Shown: piece by piece, positions 45,691 through 54,586 of the stretch
Layout: each line of letters begins with the position of its first letter
Numbering within the stretch: the first letter of the stretch is position 1
Assembly (NCBI GenBank): GCA_937951645.1
Contig: CALFBM010000051.1
Coordinates: 1 to 57,276, forward strand
Reading direction: 5' to 3'
From: an uncultured Rhizobiaceae group bacterium
GTDB lineage: Bacteria > Pseudomonadota > Alphaproteobacteria > Rhizobiales > Rhizobiaceae
DNA: 57,276 bases
Translations under genes and position numbers: made by a program
The notes under the pieces: model-generated
What the model was told of the DNA's origin: nothing
Database searches by the model: none
The model's input: only the letters and a program-made list of their open reading frames with translations

Positions 45691-47919
45691 ATGGCTGAGG
45701 CAAAAGTGGCTGAGACGGTTAACGAATTAACCGCAGAAGAACTCGCAGCTATCGAAGAAAAATATGACGAAGGCTCGGCTACACGTGCAGTGGGTGCAAA
45801 AACAGGTTTCCTATTAAGAACTGTTGCAATTACCTTTGCGCTTTACCATTATTTTACAGCCGGTTTTGGTCTTCCTGCAGATCATTGGCATATGGGATTT
45901 CATCTTACAGGTTTATTTATACTGACTTATGCCTTGTTCCCGATTTTCAAAACCAAAAATGCTTTTGCGGTGAAAGCAAGTTCATTGCGGTTTGGTAACA
46001 TTCCGATATACGATATTATTTTGATGATCTTTGGTGTAGCTGCATCGCTCTATGTTGGTTTTGCATGGCATGGCATACCAGCTATAGGAATTGAAGAACA
46101 AACTTTTCGAATGGGTAATCCCAATAAATACGATGTCTTTTTTGGGGTTGTTATTATCGTTCTCGTACTGGATCTGGCGCGCCGTACGCTTGGCTGGGTT
46201 CTTCCCACTATAATTTGTGTCTTTATTTCATATGCGCTTCTAGGTCCAGTTTTTCCAGGCATCCTTCAGCATCCAGGTGTTAAATTTAATACATTTGTTT
46301 CCAGTATGTATTTTCCACAGGAAGGAATTTTCGGCGTTACGCTTTGGGTTGTTTCGACGATTGTTTTTCACTTTGTACTATTTGGCGTGATTGCGCAGCG
46401 CACAGGTCTTGGACAACTATTTATAGATAATGCAACCATTCTTGCCGGCCGATATACAGGCGGGCCTGCTAAAGTTTCTGTTGTCTCATCTGCATTTTTT
46501 GGAACAATATCCGGTTCTTCTGTAGCCAATACAGTTTCTACTGGAGCCCTAACCATTCCCAACATGAAGCGATTGGGATACCCAGGCCATTTTGCGGGCG
46601 GTGTGGAAGCAGCATCTTCCGCAGGTGGACAAATTACGCCGCCCATTATGGGCGCGGCAGCTTTTATCATGGCTGAGTTTCTCGAAGTTCCTTATACAAC
46701 GATTGTTATTGCTGCAATCTTCCCTGCACTATTGCATTATGTTGGTGTTTTCGCTGTCGTACATTTAATGGCACGCAAGCTGAATCTAGAAGGTCTTTCA
46801 AAAGAAATGTTGCCGAAACTTGGTCAAGTGTGGCGTAATGGCTGGGCAAATATTATTCCTCTCATTGGGTTGTTGGTCGTATTATTCTCTGGTTACACAC
46901 CTTTTATGTCCGCTTTCTGCGGTATATCACTAGCCGTTATTGTTGGCATGGCAAGAGCACACAGTCCCGCCTCACTCATATATCCTGCAGCCTTTATTGC
47001 ATTTGTAATCTGGAAATATATGGGCGGGGGCTTCGAACTTGATATGGCATTCCTGCTGTGCGCAGGTTCTGTAATTGGGGTCTTTAATCCGCAGCCGCGT
47101 ATTCAAATTCCGGAAATGTCTGCAGCAATGGAATTGGGCGTAAAATACGCACTTGCCGTTGGTGCCGCATCAGCTGCTGTTGGTATTGTAGTTGGCGTAA
47201 TCAATACGACAGGCATAGGTTTCCGCATTGGGTTTATGGTGACAAGCGGTGCATCTGCGCTCGCATCCGATATATTTGGTTTTGTCACTTTAGGCGGGCT
47301 TTTAAACTTTCTGACTGTGGAAGATTTACAACTCTTCATATCGCTTGTTTTCATTGCAATTGCCTGCATATTAATGGGCGCAGGCATTCCAACAACAGCA
47401 CTATACATCATGCTTGTATCGGTCGCTCAACCAGCTTTGGCTCAACTTGGCATTCCACCAATTGCCAGTCACATGTTTGTTCTTTACTACGGTGTAGTTT
47501 CAGAGATTACTCCACCTGTATGCACTTCTGCATATGCAGCGGCAGCGATTGCAAATTCAAATCCGTTCAGGACAGGCATTTCCGCATTCTCCCTTGGACT
47601 TGGCAAAATCGTTGCGCCAATGGCCTTTGTCTATGCGCCTGTATTATTATTTGTCTCATCTGCGGGTTTTGACTTACTTGAGTTCTCCTATACCGCCACA
47701 AGTTGTATTGCAGGTGTTATAGCATTATCAGCAGCAGTCGTTGGATATTGGCTAGCACCCATGAATGCAATCGAGCGTATTCTTGCTACTATCGCAGGCC
47801 TGGTATTTATCGCACCCAGTTGGCAAGCGGATATATTCTCTATAGTTGTGATTATGCCCGTTATCCTCTTGCAGATTACCAAAAAGAATCGTGCAGGAGT
47901 AGTTGCTGCAGCTGAGTAA
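45691..47919 (+). CDS. TRAP transporter fused 4TM/12TM permease (paralog 2)
   Basis: Polytopic, 742 aa. Core GGPAKVSVVSSAFFGTISGSSVANTVSTG...GGQITPPIMGAAAF closely parallels the first permease. Confidence 0.85.
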   Translation: MAEAKVAETVNELTAEELAAIEEKYDEGSATRAVGAKTGFLLRTVAITFALYHYFTAGFGLPADHWHMGFHLTGLFILTYALFPIFKTKNAFAVKASSLRFGNIPIYDIILMIFGVAASLYVGFAWHGIPAIGIEEQTFRMGNPNKYDVFFGVVIIVLVLDLARRTLGWVLPTIICVFISYALLGPVFPGILQHPGVKFNTFVSSMYFPQEGIFGVTLWVVSTIVFHFVLFGVIAQRTGLGQLFIDNATILAGRYTGGPAKVSVVSSAFFGTISGSSVANTVSTGALTIPNMKRLGYPGHFAGGVEAASSAGGQITPPIMGAAAFIMAEFLEVPYTTIVIAAIFPALLHYVGVFAVVHLMARKLNLEGLSKEMLPKLGQVWRNGWANIIPLIGLLVVLFSGYTPFMSAFCGISLAVIVGMARAHSPASLIYPAAFIAFVIWKYMGGGFELDMAFLLCAGSVIGVFNPQPRIQIPEMSAAMELGVKYALAVGAASAAVGIVVGVINTTGIGFRIGFMVTSGASALASDIFGFVTLGGLLNFLTVEDLQLFISLVFIAIACILMGAGIPTTALYIMLVSVAQPALAQLGIPPIASHMFVLYYGVVSEITPPVCTSAYAAAAIANSNPFRTGISAFSLGLGKIVAPMAFVYAPVLLFVSSAGFDLLEFSYTATSCIAGVIALSAAVVGYWLAPMNAIERILATIAGLVFIAPSWQADIFSIVVIMPVILLQITKKNRAGVVAAAE

Positions 47920-47924
47920 TCAAA

Positions 47925-49181
47925 GTGGGCAATAATCATAAAGATGAATACGATGTGACGGTTATCGGCGCTGGATTAATAGGTATTTGCTCCGCACTTT
48001 CAATTGCTGAAACGGGCACCTCAGTACAGTTGATCGATCGCGATGATCCTGGCCAGGGCGCTTCATACGGGAATGCAGGTGTTATATCGCCATGGTCAAT
48101 TGTACCTCAATCCATGCCGGGCATCTGGAAGCAAATTCCTTCTATGCTGTTCAGCATCAATGGCCCACTCTCAATCAAGCCATGGCACTTTCCTAAGCTG
48201 ATACCTTGGGGGCTTAGATTCCTAAGAAATTCAACACATGAAAAAGTGCGCAAAACCTCTAATGCTATGGAATTGTTAAATCAGTCGAATATCGAGTTAT
48301 ATCGCCAGCACTTGGCAGGTACGGGGCACGAGCACCTTATCCGCGACAGCTTTTATGTTCATGCCTTCCGCAATTCCAGGAAGGCAAAACTCGATAACCT
48401 AGGATATGAGATACGTACAAGCAAAGGTGGAAACCTCGAAAAAATTGGACAGCAAGAACTTCGTAAACTCGAACCTGCACTATCCAAAGAATTCCAGGCA
48501 GCAATTTTGATTAAAGGTCAGGCACGCGCTTTAGCACCTGGTAAAATTGGTACTGTGTTGGTTGCAAAGGCGAAAAGTTTAGGCGTAAAAATTATAAAGG
48601 CAAATGTTGAAAAACTTGCTCCAGATATTAAAGGCGGATGGTCAACTAAAACCAATATCGGCAATTTTACTTCCCGAAAAATAGTTCTCTGCGCAGGAGC
48701 ATGGTCTGCAAACCTGCTAAAACCATTAGGCATACACTTACCTCTGGAAGCAGAGCGTGGGTATCACTTGGAGTATAACAACCCTTGTATTGAACTTAAC
48801 AATTCTATCATGGATGTGGACAAGATGCTGGTTGCCAGTTCAATGGAGGATGGATTAAGAGTTGCAGGTACAGCAGAATTTGCAGGCCTTGATGCACCTC
48901 TAAATAAAAAGCGCATCAATAGCCTTAAAAAACTTGCCAAGGACATGCTCCCTGAGCTTAATCAGGATGATGCCAAAACATGGATGGGCATTAGGCCATC
49001 AATGCCGGATAGCCTACCCATTTTGGATGAATTTCCACATCATAAAGGATTATTTGCTGCATTCGGACATTCCCATTATGGTTTAATGATGGCGCCTAAG
49101 ACAGGTCAGATAATTGCAGACCTTGTTACAGAAAAACCAATAAACCTTGATTTGTCACCGTTCAGCGCAGATAGATTTTAA
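47925..49181 (+). CDS. FAD-dependent oxidoreductase (DadA / DAO-like amino-acid dehydrogenase)
   Basis: N-terminal dinucleotide fold DVTVIGAGLIGICSAL...D and C-terminal ...FGHSHYGLMMAPKTG. GTG start 5 nt after the permease stop. Confidence 0.8.
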   Translation: MGNNHKDEYDVTVIGAGLIGICSALSIAETGTSVQLIDRDDPGQGASYGNAGVISPWSIVPQSMPGIWKQIPSMLFSINGPLSIKPWHFPKLIPWGLRFLRNSTHEKVRKTSNAMELLNQSNIELYRQHLAGTGHEHLIRDSFYVHAFRNSRKAKLDNLGYEIRTSKGGNLEKIGQQELRKLEPALSKEFQAAILIKGQARALAPGKIGTVLVAKAKSLGVKIIKANVEKLAPDIKGGWSTKTNIGNFTSRKIVLCAGAWSANLLKPLGIHLPLEAERGYHLEYNNPCIELNNSIMDVDKMLVASSMEDGLRVAGTAEFAGLDAPLNKKRINSLKKLAKDMLPELNQDDAKTWMGIRPSMPDSLPILDEFPHHKGLFAAFGHSHYGLMMAPKTGQIIADLVTEKPINLDLSPFSADRF

Positions 49182-49646
49182 GGTCAATTTTCATAAACTA
49201 TTGCAACAAGATTTGTGTTGCAAAAAGAGCTTCTTTGTTTGCTGACACCAGTAACATTGTTCAAGTTGCTTTAGCCCAGACAGATTGAGCGATAGATCAT
49301 TGTCAATTGTAATCTCTTCAAAAAGCTGACTCTAACTGGATAAATGAATCTTTATGCTTGTGAAGATCAATTAAAAGAAATATAATAGATATATTAATTT
49401 AGGGAACAACCTGATGCGCATCACGCTTCAAGTAAAAAACATATTTCAAGCCTTGATATACCAGCCTCTAAAAATAGAGCCATCGTCTCTTCTCGTAGAT
49501 GTAATGAACAAGGAACTTGGAAAAAGTCTCCGTAACAAGTCTGGAAGTTCACTGAGTATATCAGTTAAATTTAATCGGCATTTGGCTATATTACTGGTTG
49601 GTAAAATTAATACCCTTAAGCGAAATGTGTCTCACAGGAAACCATC

Positions 49647-50090
49647 ATGGCAACTCAGTTAAGAACAGCACAGGAGCGGCGCCAGGCAATCCAGAAAAAT
49701 GCCCTGCTGCTTGGCATTGATGATGCTTATGTATCAATTTTGGTTGATACGTTTTATGACCGCATACGAGCAGATGATCGTATTAGCCATATCTTTGCAA
49801 ACCATATTGGAGACAATTGGGAGCCTCACCTTTCCAAGATGAAAGATTTTTGGACATCTGTTGCATTTAATGCTGGTAGATATTCTGGTCAGCCTGTACC
49901 CAAACATCAGGCACTGACCGAGGCACGTCCCGAGCATTTTGATATCTGGCTGTCATTGTTTGAGCAAACATTAAAAGACACGGCACCAACGCCAGATGCA
50001 ATACCTTATTTTATGGAACGCGCCACAAGAATTGCAACCAGCTTACAAATAGCCATGTTTGGTACACCAGGCTTGCCAGGGAGTAAGTGA
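49647..50090 (+). CDS. Group III truncated hemoglobin-like globin
   Basis: VDTFYDRIRADDRISHIF...W..HL.KMKDFW......GRYSGQPVPKHQAL......HFDIWLSLF matches the trHb-III pattern. AGGA RBS. Confidence 0.7.
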   Translation: MATQLRTAQERRQAIQKNALLLGIDDAYVSILVDTFYDRIRADDRISHIFANHIGDNWEPHLSKMKDFWTSVAFNAGRYSGQPVPKHQALTEARPEHFDIWLSLFEQTLKDTAPTPDAIPYFMERATRIATSLQIAMFGTPGLPGSK

Positions 50091-50094
50091 TAAT

Positions 50095-50532
50095 ATGTTT
50101 AAAACGTTTCCGCAGGGACTGGCAGGAATCTGGGCGGGCATCGTTATAGGTGGGTCTTTAATTGCCGCACCGGCAAAGTTTCAAGTTGCGTCTCTTTCTC
50201 TGCCTATGGCGTTGGAAGTTGGCCAGGCCCAGTTCTTCTGGGTTGGTGTGGGTGAAGCAGTATTTTGTGCAGTCCTCCTTCTTTCAACGTTAATATCCAG
50301 TCCTTCCATGCTTCGTTTTCTTATATTGCCGGTTGTCATTTTTGCAATCCAGCGACTTTATCTGATGCCGATGCTTAATGAACGTACCACTGACATTATT
50401 GCAGGTACAACAGTACCAGACAGTTCCCTGCATCTTGTTTATGTGGCTATGGAAATTATCAAGGTACTTTTGCTCTGTATATTCGCAGCAAGCAGTTTGA
50501 AATTCATGAAGGGTCAAAAAAATGACAGTTAA
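50095..50532 (+). CDS. Hypothetical 4-TM membrane protein
   Basis: Four hydrophobic helices. The ATG lies 5 nt after the globin stop, and the downstream gene overlaps it by 11 nt. Possibly DUF4149-like, but not verified. Confidence 0.5.
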   Translation: MFKTFPQGLAGIWAGIVIGGSLIAAPAKFQVASLSLPMALEVGQAQFFWVGVGEAVFCAVLLLSTLISSPSMLRFLILPVVIFAIQRLYLMPMLNERTTDIIAGTTVPDSSLHLVYVAMEIIKVLLLCIFAASSLKFMKGQKNDS

Positions 50533-50806
50533 ACGCAGCCTGCCCGACGGCGTCAAAAAATATGCCGAGTCTCCCCTTTTCACTGCCGGAAAAGTACCAG
50601 AAAGTCTTCAGAAATCGCATAGTACCAAAACAGGTACTTATGCGCGCCTCATTGTCACAGCGGGAGAAGTTCAATATTTTCTCGTCGGTGAAAAGACACC
50701 AGTCTCCATAATAAAACCCAATGATGTTTTTATTATTTTACCAGAAGAAGAGCATTTTGTTCAAGTAAGCGACGATGCTGAATTCTTTTTGGAGTTCTGC
50801 AGGTAG
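50522..50806 (+). CDS. DUF1971 (YeaR / TehB C-terminal-like) protein
   Basis: LPDGVKKYAESPLFTAGKVPESLQKSHSTKTGTYARLIV..GEVQYF and a size of about 94 aa fit the small beta-barrel DUF1971 family. Confidence 0.65.
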   Translation: MTVKRSLPDGVKKYAESPLFTAGKVPESLQKSHSTKTGTYARLIVTAGEVQYFLVGEKTPVSIIKPNDVFIILPEEEHFVQVSDDAEFFLEFCR

Positions 50807-50905
50807 ATGGAGATCTATGTTGACTTTTTTTCAGATTATGATGAATCTTAACGTGACAGTAAATTTTTTGATAAAACTGCCAAAACCAATACCAAGGACT
50901 AAACC

Positions 50906-52546
50906 ATGATTTCGCAACTGACACGTGATGAACGTTCTTCTGCAATGATCCTATGTACTATACTGGTGATATTCGGAGGTGTGCTTGGAATAGCTGGACG
51001 AGACGATGTGCTTGGTTTTCATGGCGCACTTTTGGCAGCTTGTGGAATAGGCCTGCTTTTCATGATCATGAACCGATACCATGATGCCGAGCCTGATCCG
51101 GATGGTATTAAAAAATATTATGACGATCCAACAAAAGTTGGCGTTATAGTATCGATGATATGGCTTGTCTTTGCTACATTTATCGGTGATTGGGTGGCTT
51201 GGTTACTTGTGTTCCCCGAGGCCACATTTGATGCAGGTTGGGCAAGTTTCGGAAGATTGCGCCCGGTACATACAACCGGAGTAATTTTTGGCTTTGGTGG
51301 CAATGCGCTTATTGCAACTTCATTTCATGTTTTACAACGCACATCACGCGCACGGCTCTCTGATAACATATCACCTTGGGTTGTCATCATTGGCTTCAAC
51401 CTGTTCTGCCTCATGGCAGTTACCGGATATATGTTCGGCATCACGGCTTCAAAAGAATATGCGGAACCTGAATGGTATGCAGATATCTTTCTTGTTGTAA
51501 TTTGGGTAGTCTACTTTGTTCTTTACCTGCGTACACTGGCACGCCGCCAAGAGCCGCATATCTATGTGGCCAACTGGTATTTCATGGCTTTTATTCTTGT
51601 CGTTGCCATCCTCCACATTATCAATAATCTTGCTGTGCCTGTATCTCTGGGACATGCCAAGAGTTACTCACTCTTTTCTGGTGTTCAGGATGCCATGACG
51701 CAATGGTGGTACGGCCATAATGCCGTTGCATTTTTTCTGACTTCCGGCTTTTTGGGCATGCTTTACTATTATCTTCCAAGACGCGCTGGCCGTCCGATTT
51801 TCTCTTATAGAATGTCAATCATTAGTTTTTGGGGTATCACCTTTTTATATATGTGGGCGGGTTCACATCATCTTCATTATACCGCTCTGCCGCATTGGGT
51901 TCAAAATCTAGGCATGACATTTTCCATCATCCTTGTTGTTCCTTCCTGGGCTTCTGCAGGTAATGCTTTGCTCACCCTGAATGGGGCCTGGGAAAAAGTG
52001 CGTGATGATGCAACACTTCGGTTCATGTTCGTTGCAGCAGTCTTTTATGGTCTATCGACCTTTGAGGGTTCATTCATGGCAATACGCCCCGTCAATTCGC
52101 TCTCTCATTATACTGACTGGACTGTAGGCCATGTGCATGCAGGTGCACTCGGCTGGGTTGCCATGATCACCTTTGGCGCTTTCTATACACTTGTCCCGAT
52201 GTTGTGGAACAGGGAACGTATGTACTCAAGCCGCTTGATTGAAGCCCATTTCTGGTTGGCTCTGTCTGGAACAGTTATATATGTCTTCTCGATGTGGAAT
52301 TCCGGCATTATCCAGGGATTGATGTGGCGAGCCTATGCCGAGAATGGGACCCTGGCCTACTCATTCATTGATTCAGTCGATGCAATGGCTCCATACTATG
52401 TTGCCCGTGCAGTTGGTGGCTTCCTGTTCTTCCTTGGTGGCGTCATCGGTCTTTATAACATCTGGAAGACAATCAAGATGCCTGCACAAGAAAATGCACC
52501 CGTCTACGATCTGCCCCCAGTCGTTGATCCTGAGCCTGCGGAGTAA
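50906..52546 (+). CDS. ccoN: cbb3-type cytochrome c oxidase subunit I
   Basis: 12 or more TM helices and heme-copper His motifs (WAGSHHLHY, VGHVHAGALGW). Followed by ccoO, ccoQ and ccoP. Confidence 0.9.
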   Translation: MISQLTRDERSSAMILCTILVIFGGVLGIAGRDDVLGFHGALLAACGIGLLFMIMNRYHDAEPDPDGIKKYYDDPTKVGVIVSMIWLVFATFIGDWVAWLLVFPEATFDAGWASFGRLRPVHTTGVIFGFGGNALIATSFHVLQRTSRARLSDNISPWVVIIGFNLFCLMAVTGYMFGITASKEYAEPEWYADIFLVVIWVVYFVLYLRTLARRQEPHIYVANWYFMAFILVVAILHIINNLAVPVSLGHAKSYSLFSGVQDAMTQWWYGHNAVAFFLTSGFLGMLYYYLPRRAGRPIFSYRMSIISFWGITFLYMWAGSHHLHYTALPHWVQNLGMTFSIILVVPSWASAGNALLTLNGAWEKVRDDATLRFMFVAAVFYGLSTFEGSFMAIRPVNSLSHYTDWTVGHVHAGALGWVAMITFGAFYTLVPMLWNRERMYSSRLIEAHFWLALSGTVIYVFSMWNSGIIQGLMWRAYAENGTLAYSFIDSVDAMAPYYVARAVGGFLFFLGGVIGLYNIWKTIKMPAQENAPVYDLPPVVDPEPAE

Positions 52547-52551
52547 ATGAC

Positions 52552-53307
52552 ATGCTAGACAAACACGCAAAACTGGAACGTAACGCACTCGCATTTGTTT
52601 TCGCTATTATTTTCGTTGCATCAATTGGCGGAATAGTAGAGATCGCTCCATTGTTCACAATCGACGAAACCGTTGAAGAAGTGGAAGATATGCGTGTTTA
52701 TACGCCTTTGGAGGTTGCTGGTCGTAACATTTATATCCGGGAAGGTTGTTATGCGTGCCATTCACAAATGATCCGCACATTACAAGATGAAGTAGAACGC
52801 TATGGTCCTTATTCCCTGGCTGTTGAATCACAATACGACCATCCCATGCTTTGGGGGTCGAAACGAACTGGTCCGGACCTGGCTCGTATAGGTGAAAAAT
52901 ATTCAGACGCATGGCATGTCGCACACCTTATCAATCCACGTGACGTTGTTCCTTCATCCGTCATGCCATCATATGCCTGGTTGCAGCGCAATACTCTCAA
53001 ATACGAGGATTTGGGATTACATCTTTCTGCGCTTAGAAAAGTTGGCGTCCCTTATACCGACGAAATGATTGAGAATGCTGCACAAGACGCTTATGGCCAA
53101 ACCAGACCAGACTCTGATGGTGCAGACGGTTTTCTGGAACGGTATGGCGAAGATTCAAATGTCAGTGCCTTTGACGGCGACCCAAATCGCATTACGGAAA
53201 TGGATGCCCTTGTCGCCTACTTGCAAATTCTTGGCCATTTAACAGATGTAGCCCAGCAAACCTCAAGTCCGGAGCAACAAACAAGCAACCTTGCGAACGG
53301 AGATTAA
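52552..53307 (+). CDS. ccoO: cbb3-type cytochrome c oxidase subunit II (monoheme)
   Basis: N-terminal TM helix, heme motif CYACHS, and conserved ...GPDLARIG.KYSD.WH..HL.NPR. Confidence 0.9.
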   Translation: MLDKHAKLERNALAFVFAIIFVASIGGIVEIAPLFTIDETVEEVEDMRVYTPLEVAGRNIYIREGCYACHSQMIRTLQDEVERYGPYSLAVESQYDHPMLWGSKRTGPDLARIGEKYSDAWHVAHLINPRDVVPSSVMPSYAWLQRNTLKYEDLGLHLSALRKVGVPYTDEMIENAAQDAYGQTRPDSDGADGFLERYGEDSNVSAFDGDPNRITEMDALVAYLQILGHLTDVAQQTSSPEQQTSNLANGD

Positions 53308-53310
53308 GAG

Positions 53311-53481
53311 ATGAATTTTGATCATGATTTTTTTGTTGGTTTTGCTAAATCCTACGGCCTTTTCTATATGATGGCATTCTTCTTTGCCACAGTCATATAT
53401 GCATATTGGCCCTCTAACCAAAAAAAGTTTGATGATGCGGCCAAGAGTATTCTGGAAGAGGATGAGGTTAGCCAAAAATGA
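53311..53481 (+). CDS. ccoQ: cbb3-type oxidase small subunit CcoQ (56 aa, below the ORF-track cutoff)
   Basis: Manual translation gives MNFDHDFFVGFAKSYGLFYMMAFFFATVIYAYWPSNQKKFDDAAKSILEEDEVSQK: one TM helix plus an acidic tail. The ATG lies 3 nt after the ccoO stop, and the stop overlaps the ccoP ATG (ATGA). Confidence 0.65.
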   Translation: MNFDHDFFVGFAKSYGLFYMMAFFFATVIYAYWPSNQKKFDDAAKSILEEDEVSQK

Positions 53482-54362
53482 CAAAGCCAGAACGCGATCC
53501 ATATACAGGTCTGATGACAACTGGACATGAATGGAATGGCATCAAGGAATTGATGACACCAGTACCAGGGGTAGTAAAGTTTTTCCTTGCAATCACAATT
53601 TTGACCGCAGTTCTCTTCTGGATATTGTTTCCCACCTGGCCTTATGGAACAGGCTATACAAAGGGAATTCTCAATATTGATCAACGCGGTTTGGTTGAAG
53701 AGGATTTAACTCGTTCAGCTGCTTTGCGCGCTACTTGGGAGCAAAAATTTTCAACGACAGAATTTGCGCAACTTGAGGCTGATGAAGAGGCAATGGCATT
53801 AGTTCGTACTCACGGTGCCCGTCTGTTTGAGGATAATTGTTCTGCATGCCACGGAATTAATGCTGATGGTGGTCCGGGGTTCCCAAGTTTGATTGACGAT
53901 CAATGGTTATGGGGTGGTGATGCAGAAACAATAAATGAGACCCTTAGAGTGGGCATCAATACCCAACACGAAGATACGCGTTTTGGAGAGATGCCTGCCT
54001 TTGGTGATCAAGGCATGCTGGACTTAAAACAGAGGCGCGCGCTAACATCCTTTGTAATTTCTCTCTCGCGCCCTGATGAGCTTGATCAAAAGAACATGGA
54101 ACGACTACCGGAAGGCAAGGAACTTTTTGCTGAAAACTGCGCATCCTGCCACGGCGATAATGGAAAAGGGATTAAGGATGTTGGCGCACCAAACCTGACA
54201 GACAGTTTCTGGATTTATGGCGGTAATGCAGATACAATTCAGGCAACTCTCAAGCATGGCCGCAAGGGTGTTATGCCATACTTTGAGCAACGTCTTGGAG
54301 AAGCAGATCGTCGCTTGCTCACACTCTATGTCAGAGACATGGGAGCGCAAAAAAATGAATGA
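53478..54362 (+). CDS. ccoP: cbb3-type cytochrome c oxidase subunit III (diheme)
   Basis: N-terminal TM helix and two heme motifs, CSACHG and CASCHG. Confidence 0.9.
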   Translation: MTKPERDPYTGLMTTGHEWNGIKELMTPVPGVVKFFLAITILTAVLFWILFPTWPYGTGYTKGILNIDQRGLVEEDLTRSAALRATWEQKFSTTEFAQLEADEEAMALVRTHGARLFEDNCSACHGINADGGPGFPSLIDDQWLWGGDAETINETLRVGINTQHEDTRFGEMPAFGDQGMLDLKQRRALTSFVISLSRPDELDQKNMERLPEGKELFAENCASCHGDNGKGIKDVGAPNLTDSFWIYGGNADTIQATLKHGRKGVMPYFEQRLGEADRRLLTLYVRDMGAQKNE

Positions 54363-54573
54363 ACTTACTTCTGGTATCCAAAACCAAAAAGCTGGCTTAA
54401 CAGCAAATCCAATCATTTGGGTATCACTGGCAGTGTTTCTGGTTGCAGGACTAATATTTGCAAATGCCCACCTTGTCTTTGTTGCGGTTAATTCTCAACC
54501 TGAATGCGTGCTGCATGACAAGCTTGCTGATAAAACAACATTACAATACCGTGCCGCAAAGTCCGGGTGCTAA
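54355..54573 (+). CDS. Small single-TM protein (72 aa) downstream of ccoP
   Basis: The ATG at 54355 overlaps the ccoP end by 8 nt. The TM helix is IIWVSLAVFLVAGLIFANAHLVFVAV, followed by a short tail with two Cys. The longer track ORF start (54217) lies inside ccoP. Confidence 0.4.
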   Translation: MNELTSGIQNQKAGLTANPIIWVSLAVFLVAGLIFANAHLVFVAVNSQPECVLHDKLADKTTLQYRAAKSGC

Positions 54574-54586
54574 GAAAGGGAAAACT

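Noticed and set aside
49293-49306. FNR/Dnr/NnrR-type box TAGATCATTGTCAA upstream of the globin gene
   Set aside because: It matches TTGAT-N4-ATCAA at only 8 of 10 positions and lies about 340 bp from the globin ATG. By rough estimate, a match of this quality is expected by chance in a region of this size.
49414-49662. 82-aa ORF in the 465-bp gap before the globin gene
   Set aside because: Its composition is K/S/L/N-rich, typical of a chance ORF in AT-rich DNA. It has no RBS and no recognisable motif, and it overlaps the globin start.
50807-50905. Search for a FixK/FNR anaerobox directly upstream of ccoN
   Set aside because: The best candidates (TTGACTTTTTTTCA, ATGATGAATCTTAA) match at most 6-7 of 10 positions or have the wrong spacing. 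I make no call.
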